NCBI GenBank assembly: GCA_001244265.2
Contig: CDLV01000007.1
Coordinates: forward strand, 2,294,001 to 2,358,000
Direction of reading: 5' to 3'
Length of the DNA: 64,000 bases
DNA from: Microbotryum violaceum
Lineage: Eukaryota
The first letter of the stretch is position 1. Each line of letters starts with the position of its first letter. The translations under genes and the position numbers were made by a program. The notes under the pieces are model-generated. The model made no database searches. It saw only the letters and a list, made by a program, of their open reading frames with translations, and had not been told where the DNA came from. Shown here piece after piece: positions 55,501 to 64,000 of this stretch.

Positions 55501-58062
55501 CCAGTGGGAACCCGTTAAATTAACGGGAGGGTGAAATTCAAATAGCAGGAGAATTGAACAGTCTACATGATTTCAACAGAGGTTAAATAAACACACTACG
55601 AAGTACAGCAAAGAAACAGTTCTCCATTCACAAACAGCCTGCCCGTTGCTTGTTGCCAGAAACGTTGTCGTCGCAGAGTCGGTTCAACTTAGATTCAAAC
55701 GCTCGTGCAATGAGTTCCGGTCGATTGCTTGCTTGGTCGTTCGGCCCCAGTGCAGCTTTGATTTCAGGCCATTTGGGGTTGCACGTCACCGTGATGAACA
55801 GCGAAGGCTTTCCATATTTTACGACGCACGCCATCGCATCTTGGTAACGCTGCGTGTTCTCGCGCGGTCTATTCTTGAACGTTGAGCCCAAAATCACCGA
55901 ACATCCAACTTGATCCGGGGTCAAGCTGATGATGCCTTGGCCCGTGGTGAGGCGGAGGTCTTCTTGATCCAACTGGAGGTAAGTTGAGTCGATCGGTCTT
56001 GACTTGGGAGTATCCGTCATCACGAACGCCAGGAAGGCACGTTGGGTGCATTGCGGGATTGAGAAGTACTCGTCGCGTTTATGCAACTAGTACGCAAATA
56101 ATTGTGAACTCGAGACTCGCCACCTCGATCCCCTTTATTTGAGCTTCATCCTAGGTGTTCAAAGGTTCAATGTCAGTCTGTGCGTGCGCCTTAACAGAAT
56201 GGAACATCCGAGAAAGAGCCGAAGGGGCTTACGTTCACCATCACCATTCTCTGCGTCCCCTTCCTCCTCGTCGCGGTCTTTTGGCAAAGAGTGGCCCAAT
56301 TTGATTGAACGCGCAAAGAGGAATGTTGAGGTGGAAGCTATCTTCCTCTGCGGGGAAGAGTAGTGGGTAACGGAGAGGCATCGCAGACGGATGGAGCGAG
56401 CTAACGATTTGGTACTTGGGCCGACCATCGGGACATCGATCACCGTGCACCTGGAGAGTAAGGTCTTGAGGTCCACGATCTCCCGTGTTGGTGTCGGAAT
56501 CGCAGATAAGCATCGCCATTTCGGTGCTCGACGTAGGAAGGTTGTGGGTGCGTCGGTCTCGGCCAGCTGGTAGGCAGAGGCACGGGACCCACTCTTGGGC
56601 CTAACCTGCGCGAGCTTTGGCCGATGCAAATTCCCTCACAAAGCGATTGCCGGTACGCAACGTAGACTCGAGCTTGGTCAAAGTAGATCTTGGTATGCGA
56701 CTGTCTGCGCCGTCGGGTCCAAGTTGAGTGTCGGTGGCCTCGGCCGGGCAGATGAGCCATGTTTTGGCAAAGGTTGGGCGCTGATTGACGGCAGGATTCA
56801 GGGCGCCGAGAGTGCGCCGAGTCGATGGCAAAGGCGTCGAAAAATCCGAAACAGGCGGGGTCCTTGAGTGCCTAGTCGAGCCTGGTCAAAGTGGGCAGCG
56901 AGCGAAGTGAACGACAGCGCGTTCAAGTAGTTGTACGACCGGGCATTCTCGCGGAATGCAACCGCTTCTGTGTAGGTGGGTCGAACAGTTCAGCATGTGG
57001 GCCTACGACGGACTGGAGAAACTGACCGGTATCCGACCCTTCAAGCAGCTGTCGATACTCGGGATTGGGCCGGAGAGAGGAGGTAGCTGCACCTTACCCT
57101 GCGAACAGCACGTGCTGAAGTGCCCGGTTCGTCTTTTGCATTCCCAGTGTCGAGCCTTGCAGTGGGCACACGCCGAGGTAGTCGCGGATGGGAACGTGGG
57201 GCTTGAGTGGTTTGAGCTCGATTCGAGGCCTGCGCACTTGCCTCTGCGCAGGAAGAGGTGGTGGTGGGGCGAGCTCAGTGTCGGTTCGGCCATCGGGCCA
57301 TCGCGCTGACCACGCTGTCCGTTCTACAAAGCTGTACGGCGGACGCTTATACGGGTCGCAATACCAAGATCTGTTGAGTTGTTGTCATTATGCGCGGGGA
57401 GCTGATTCTGTTGATCGGAGCGGGACAAAGAGGAGTCGAGCAGCGGGCCCAGCAGCAGGCGCTCGAGTAAGCTCGAGCAGGCCCAGGGTCTCCCCTGGCA
57501 CGGCGGTACGCTATCCTCGCGCCAGACTCGGCGCGGTTGTCACGAAAATTCGGTGAGTGGGAGGGAAAGGAAAGAGTTCGAGAGAGTATCGCGGGACCCC
57601 TGGAAGATCATGTTGTTGTTCGAACCGGTGTCGCGTTGTAAACAATACACATCACGTGATTGATGGCGCATCGCGTAAGCCGCGCCCGCAAAGACTGCGG
57701 GACCACCTCTGAGCTCTGTAGAAGAAGTGTCATGCAAACTCACGCGCTTGCTATACATTAAATCCCGCACAAACTGCTCAATAGTTGGACACCCCGCCAA
57801 AAATTAACAAAAAAAAAACCTCGGGCTGTAGCTCGACTTTTATGGTGCAGAAAATGCGAAAAGGGTCGTACATGACTTCTGGTCGGGACGCCAATAACAC
57901 AGGCAGGTGCGGCAGACTCAATACTGTACTGGTACATTCACTATAGGCGGCCCAGAGGGCCGCAACACAGTCAAAAATAGCGATTTTAGGTACATGGTCG
58001 CGGATCGACCTTTTTTTATATAGAGAGGTAGTAATAGAGGTAGTAAGAGGTAGTAAAGGGAC
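55501..58062 (-). mobile_element. Non-autonomous degenerate Helitron (copy 3); 5' end approximate
   Basis: CAHCKARHWECK...CCSQGKVQLP, PLRYPLLFP, YQDAMACVVKYGKPSLFITVTCNPKWPEI (Rep motif region). The same CCCGTTAATTTAACGGG hairpin as copy 1, then CTGG|T ending at 55501. The 5' ATGTACCTAAAATCGC is shared with copy 1. Confidence 0.9.
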
Positions 58063-58126
58063 ATGCACTCCACTCGAGGACTGATAAACGGCCCCTTAAG
58101 AACACGTGCAACCAGTGCACGAGAGT

Positions 58127-59524
58127 TTATACCGACTTTCCGCCGTTGAAGATGTAACTGCTCGGACGAACGGATTGAGAAGCATAGAGTGGTGAGCTCC
58201 ACGATTAATTATCCGTCGCAGCGGCTGGGGTTGCGGCCGCTCGGGGACTCACTCGGTGCTTCGATTTCCGGTGAAATGCCACGTTACGTCGGTAAGGACA
58301 TCGTTCTTGCTCGTGACCGCGCGTCCAATCATCTCGTTCTGGTACGCTCCCACGACAACGTCACTGTGTCTCAGCGCAAGGCAGACAAGTCTCCTCGTCA
58401 GCATCTGAAAATCCTCGAGCGCGCACGTGTAGCGGGGCTTACATTGAGCTCGGGGTTTTGACCCACGTGTCATCGAAGGCATCAACGACGTAAAGGGTCA
58501 TATTTTTACCACTGGGCAAGTAGAAGATGGCTTCAAGCCCGCAGTCTAGGGTCCGAGGACGCCGATAAGGATAGGGGTCAGAGTCCGCGATCAATAGCCC
58601 GCGGGGAAGGCGTTTTAAATTAGAACTGAAGGCACTCACAAGCTTCACCGGCCTTGATGGCATCTCCTCCGTAATTTTTACTCATGGTCTTAAAGGAGGG
58701 ACTGCGTTGTGAGAAAAAGCGAGGCCAGGGCCGTAACCAGTGTTGAAAAATGAGCGAAAAGTGTCCAGCATGTGATCGGTCCTCGTGACCTGCTTCATGG
58801 GCACATTTTCTGGTCCCACCAGCGCTGGGTGTTCATATTCAGACAAAATCAGTACTCACGCAAAGCCAGGCATGGTGTCATTGTAGATGTTGTAGCACCA
58901 AGAATGGCCGTTGGTGAAATCGGCCGAGTTGTTGGTTCGGAACCAAGACGCGATCGCTCCCGTGTTGTTGCCCAAAGTGGCAGCGTTGAAACCGGTGATG
59001 TTATTGGCGGCGATGTTGGCCGAAATGATGGTGGTGTTGGCGGGCGTGCTGAGTGACGCCGTGTAGTTGATAATGATGGAGCTGCCAACGTTCTTCGAGG
59101 CCGTGCCCCCTGTTCCCGAGCTCGCAGAGCTGGTGGTAGTGGCGGCGGCACGGGAGTAGTTCGCAGTTGCTGCTGCGGCCGCTGCTGCCGAAGATGCAAT
59201 TGCTGCTACAGTAGTGGGATTGGTGATCGATCCAATTGGGTTGCCGAAGGGTCGAGCAGAACGGATCGACTTGAAAGCCGAGGTCGTGACGACTTTTTGC
59301 CGAGTGGTTGTGGTCGAAGTCTCAACATCAGCATTGGCGTCAGATTCGTCGGTCACTTGGATGGTGACGGTAGTCGATTTAGAGCCCTTCGTTGTGGCGT
59401 TACCGACCGCCCTGATTTGCAATCCCGGAATGGCAGGAATGCCCCATCGCTGGCCGGCGCAGGTCGAAGCGAGCGCGGCGACGACGAGGCTGGTCGTCAG
59501 CGCGTTGGAGAGCGAGATGAGCAT
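58127..59524 (-). CDS. Secreted Ser/Thr/Ala-rich protein with a C-terminal DPBB-like domain, paralog of 53140-54434
   Basis: Signal-peptide-like start; ASWFRTNNSADFTNGHSWCYNIYNDTMPGFA|...CGLEA...VVDAFDDTWVKTPSS...DV..W.FTG.R...YIFNG. Confidence 0.75.
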
Positions 59525-60313
59525 CCTTGCCGAGAAAGTAACGAAATGGGTTACGAGACTGGCTCGTTGGAACGTGAGAAGTACTAGATGAGGCTTGTAG
59601 TGAAGATTTCAGGCCCAGTGCTCCAGTGCACACGTGCGGTCTCTTCTTTTGCTAGCGAAACGCCGACGCCGAATTCGAAGCCGCGGACAATGAAATGAAA
59701 CGTCGGAGGCCGAGCGTGAGCCAGAGAGCGTCGGTGAGACGGGCGTGGAGAAGAGAGAAGAGGACGATGGGGGTCTATTCTGGGGTAGTCGCGATCAAGG
59801 AGTGACGAAAGTAAAAGGACAGTCTGAACTGACGACTCGCAAGAAGATATGATGAGTAGGTGATGTGATGGGAGCCGCCGCAGTGGCTGGTTCGGTGCGC
59901 CTCGACTTTTCCGCGCCCGAGGACCCGAGGCGGCGAGGTCTGAGTTGACACTCTGAGACAGGTCTCGCGGCAACACCTTCCTTCTTCGGGTCAAAGCGGA
60001 TCGATCTTTGTTACGTACGCGTTTTGGTAAAGCGGCGTAATGAATCGATGTTGTAAACGGTGCTAAAGGTTCAAAGAAGAAGATGATGTAAGGATATTAT
60101 GATTTCACGCCGACATTATACCTACACTGAGATCCGCGGCTACCACAAGTTGAGTCGTGTTTGAGTCGTGTCCACCAAGAATGAGGATCCGACAGCCGGA
60201 GGGTAAATGAAGTCGGCCGCACAGGGCCGAGGCGCAACACTGACCGAGCTGAATTACGAATGTGCACAAAGACAACAGATAGGAATATAAGGGGATGAAG
60301 CGTCGAGAGTTGT

Positions 60314-62838
60314 TCACTCCTTGGTGTCCGTGAAGGTGTCGTCGATCGAGGCGACGCTCGACGAGTTGACCTGCGCCCGGCGCTCCTCTTCCGAGAGGCC
60401 CATGCGGGAGGTGTCATAACCGTTCGCCTCGAGGTAGACACGGAAGGCCTGTGATGATGAAAAAGGACCATGCAGTCAGTACAAAGAATGCAAATCGTTC
60501 TGTCTTCGGTTTATACGATGGAACGCACCTCGTCCTCATTGGTCATGTGATCAGCGTGAATCTCAGGAACGAGGAAAAGAACGCAGATCGCCGAGAAAAT
60601 GGCTGTGTGAATCAAATAGAGCGTAAACAGAGTCAATAAAATGTACATCTGTACGGTCATTCCGAAATCGAACGGACCAAGACCACTGCCGACCCAAAAG
60701 GGACCCGAGGCTTGCTTATCGCCGGCGGGGAAAGAGGCGATGATCTGAGAAGTGGAAATACGCGTAGTGAGGAAACAGCGCCTGTGCGGCTGTAGGTACG
60801 TTACCAAGACCTACCTTCGGGAAAGCGTAGGTTCCAGCAAAGGCACCAATCTTGCCGATGGCTGCTGCTATTCCGTAGAACCGTCCACGCACGGCAGTCG
60901 GCCAGCTCTTGGAGGCGAGGAGACCTGCAAGACCACGAACCAGACGAGACCATGAGCTGCCTGGCACTTGGGTGTGAAGTATTTGAAAGTCCCGACACGC
61001 ACCGAGGCAGTCACCTGGACCAAATTCACCGAAGGAGAGGAAAATGCCGTAAATCACCGCGAATCCAGCAACTGTCCGAGCGAGGGTGACACTCACAATC
61101 AGTAATCGTTCTGAGGCGGCCGGACTGGAACAAGACTCACCGTGCTTTTGGAGAGGACCGAAAGCAGCAGACATGGCGAATCCAGTGACGGCTTGGAGGA
61201 CGAGACCGATGATCATCTGCCTCTTGGGCTTGATTTTGTCGACGGTCATGGCTCCGATGATGCAACCAGGCATATAAAAGCTGTAGCCGAAACACGAGTC
61301 AGCTAGCTGATCTGATGGACGAGATCACAACACTCACGCGTTGATGACGATGTTCCAGGCAAAAATGGTTTTAAGAGACTAAGACGAGGAACGAGCCGGT
61401 GCCGTCAGCAAGGCCGCCATCTGCATACAACGAAAGAGAACATCTTACATCAGATCCACCGGTAATGATGTCGACAATCGTCGAGGAGTATATGCCGAAC
61501 GGGTATGCGATAAAGTCGTAAACGAACCTGAGGGAGAAATGACGAGCCAGAAGAATCTCAATACGACACTCCACATCACTTGCAAGATCACTTCTGCTCA
61601 CCAAGCAATCGACAATCCAAGGAAGCTCTTCCAGTATCGCTTAATCGTCAACCAGTAAGGAGTAGGTGCGTGCTTCATGCTTGCGACCTGGTAGCGAGCT
61701 GGTTCGGCCATGCGCAGTCGCCAGAAGAGGACCAAGACAGGGGGGATAATGCCGATCGCGAAACCGAGGCGCCAGACGACACGGAGGTGGTTCTCCCCGG
61801 CGATCCATAAAAGAACGAGGGGCACGAAGGCCGACACGACGAAGGCGGCATCGATGGCGCAGTTGGTTGCGAGGGCGAAGAGCATGTGCTGCGTACCCTT
61901 TTTGATGGAGGGATCTTCAGTGTTCTCGGAAGCGCCGACTGATCCAGCGGGGTATTCACCACCTGTCGTTAAAAGGATGATCTCCACATCAGCAGACTGC
62001 GAGGACTACTTGACGGTGACAGTCGGATGGAAAAAGGCACCACTTACCGATTCCGATACCACTGATGAACCTGTAGGCGATCAAGGCGTTGAACATACCC
62101 TTGTGGCTGCCCTTGGCGCCGTATGCGCCCGTCTGCAGGCAGGCAGCGACGGCGACGATGACGGCAGCCAGCATCATGCCACCTTTGCGACCCGTGCGGT
62201 CGACTAAGAATCCGAACGAGAGCATACCGAGGACGGTGCCGGCGAAACCCATCGCAGAGAAGAGGGTCGAGTAGTTGCCGGGGAACTCCTTGGGGTACAA
62301 GCGTCGCAAGATAGTGTTGACGGATCCGACGATACCCTATCCATACAAGGCCGCGAGGATACCAACAGCGTCAGCATGTTACATTATCAGATTCGACCAC
62401 CCCACTCGCCGCTTTCTCGCAAGCCACTTGCGGCCGCTCTGACCAGGTGGCATGTGACGTGGCGTGTCTCGCCTGGCAGCGCGAGGTAGCGGCTGAGACT
62501 GTGTCCAGGACTCACATTCTGATACCCATCCGAGAAGAGGGCGGTACCGCAAGCAAAGACGACCGAGATCTAAGCAAGCAAAAACCAGCAGCTGAGGTCA
62601 GTACACCTAACGCTCGGTGATAGGTTGAGGCTTGACTAAATTGGCGACGATTTGGATGCGGGGCCCGCGCGCCGGCCAATAAGAAATCGGCGTTCGGCAT
62701 TCGACCACGGCAGACCACGGTGAGATGCGGTCGAAAGCTCCCTCGTCCCGACAGATTGACAAGAGGCTGAGCCACTCACTTTGCCGAGACCTCGTTTGTA
62801 GGTGACGACGGGAGCGCATGAGGCACGGGTTCAGCCAT
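60314..62838 (-). CDS. MFS glycerophosphodiester permease, GIT1-like, many exons
   Basis: ACGTALFSDGYQN, FAGTVLGMLSFGFLVDRTGRK, GGEYPAGSVGASE, WFVYDFIAYPFGIYSS, SFGEFGPGDC, YLEANGYDTS. Confidence 0.88.
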
Positions 62839-62866
62839 GTTAGGATCTCACGGCAGGAGGTCGGGT

Positions 62867-63150
62867 CGGAAAAGTTTCTTCGGAAAAGTTTCTTCGGAAA
62901 AGTTTCTTCGGAAAAGTTTCTTCGGAAAAGTTTCTTCGGAAAAGTTTCTTCGGAAAAGTTTGTTCGGAAAAGTTTGTTCGGAAAAGTTTGTTCGGAAAAG
63001 TTTGTTCGGAAAAGTTTGTTCGGAAAAGTTTGTTCGGAAAAGTTTGTTCGGAAAAGTTTGTTCGGAAAAGTTTCTGGAGAACAGTTTCTGGAGAACAGTT
63101 TCTGGAGAACAGTTTCTGGAGAACAGTTTCTGGAGAACAGTTTCTGGAGA
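62867..63150. repeat. 14-bp minisatellite, about 20 units in three variant blocks
   Basis: CGGAAAAGTTTCTT x6, CGGAAAAGTTTGTT x8, a 12-bp junction, then TGGAGAACAGTTTC x5 plus a partial unit. Confidence 0.97.
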
Positions 63151-64000
63151 AAGAAAAGGTTTTGGAGAAAAGGGAAAGAGCAAGAGCCACAGCCTGATTA
63201 AGGAGTGATGATGATAGGTTGAAAGTTGGACTGGCCCTACTCTCAGATACGCGCGGCCGTGCGCACGCTGGGCCAACGCTTGAGCAGAATAGAAAGGATA
63301 GGCATATTGCTTCCCGAAATAGACGGCTTACGTCCCTCCCTTGTGAAAGGTCGCTGAAATGGAGACGAGTTCAGCACTCCTGGCGAATGTAATGCGCAAA
63401 ACAGCAGAAAAGTAGGTCTCTCACTTGACTTTCCTATCTCGCCTGTGACCTGGGTTTGGGGAAGGGCGATCAAAGAACGTGCACTTTGACCAAAGTGCCC
63501 AGCACGGCGCACGTTCATGAGTCTCAGTCATTGTGTAGTCGGTTAAACTCCGGACGGTTCCCTTGACGCTCCTATAGCTGGGGGCCTTCTCAGAAGAGTC
63601 TCGGCCGGACTCGGAGCCGGACAGTGCGGCAGCTTCCGCTGTCGGCCGTTGCAGAGGCCGAAAGTGCCGAAGGGCGTTGGTATCCTGCAGCTGCGCGACG
63701 GTCAGCTGCAGGTTGTCGGAACAGATGGCATTGCCTCTGCAGAAGTTTCCACTAAGTCGAGTCCTCGGGCACGTTTCGTCATGTTAACGTTGTCTTCCTC
63801 GCTCCCTCTTTGACGACTCGAAGTTATCTGCTCCCAGCTCGAGAAGAAGAAAGTTTTTTTTTTCTGCTCCCAGCCAAATGCAAAGTCACGTGCCCGCGGC
63901 CAAGTATTCATCAATCGAGTCACGCCGACTCGAGAGTTCCAATTTCAATGACAGAATATCAGTCACGTCAAGCCACGATTCCGTTCACGGAGTACTGAAA

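Noticed and set aside
62867..63150. Repeat array as a CRISPR locus or repeat-protein gene
   Set aside because: Units are contiguous with no unique spacers, no cas genes are present and the context is eukaryotic. The ORFs on both strands arise because the unit lacks stop codons.

Overview
Intron-rich basidiomycete genomic DNA. Gene content, GT/GC-AG introns with CTRAY branch points and TpCpG->TpTpG decay of repeats suggest Pucciniomycotina, probably Microbotryum-like; this is inferred, not verified. About 20 host genes are recognisable: RPS24, an EFM2-like methyltransferase, two S10 serine carboxypeptidases, eRF3/SUP35, cytochrome c, a NEW1/Elf1-type ABCF, an HTD2-like dehydratase, eIF3g, a disrupted MFS transporter, NDUFA2, KIN17, NOP15, a DOMON-cytochrome b561 protein, DPM2, UBL3, TBCA, an F-box-like protein, two related secreted DPBB-like proteins and a GIT1-like permease. 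A 12-kb transposon nest (about 7.6-19.7 kb) lies between the duplicated carboxypeptidases. It holds a Helitron interrupted by a full-length Ty1/copia element, a Zisupton/DUF6729-like relic and a second Helitron. A third Helitron copy lies at 55.5-58.1 kb beside an inverted host-gene fragment. Most unusual observations: (1) the adjacent convergent SUP35 and cytochrome c genes both have a start codon split by an intron (A|TG); (2) cytochrome c is built from microexons; (3) all three Helitrons stop at the same point in Rep; (4) the carboxypeptidase paralogs are a mosaic of identical and divergent tracts; (5) a 14-bp three-variant minisatellite abuts the GIT1 start. I found no single self-contained novel system that I can assert with confidence. 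Exon boundaries were derived by hand.
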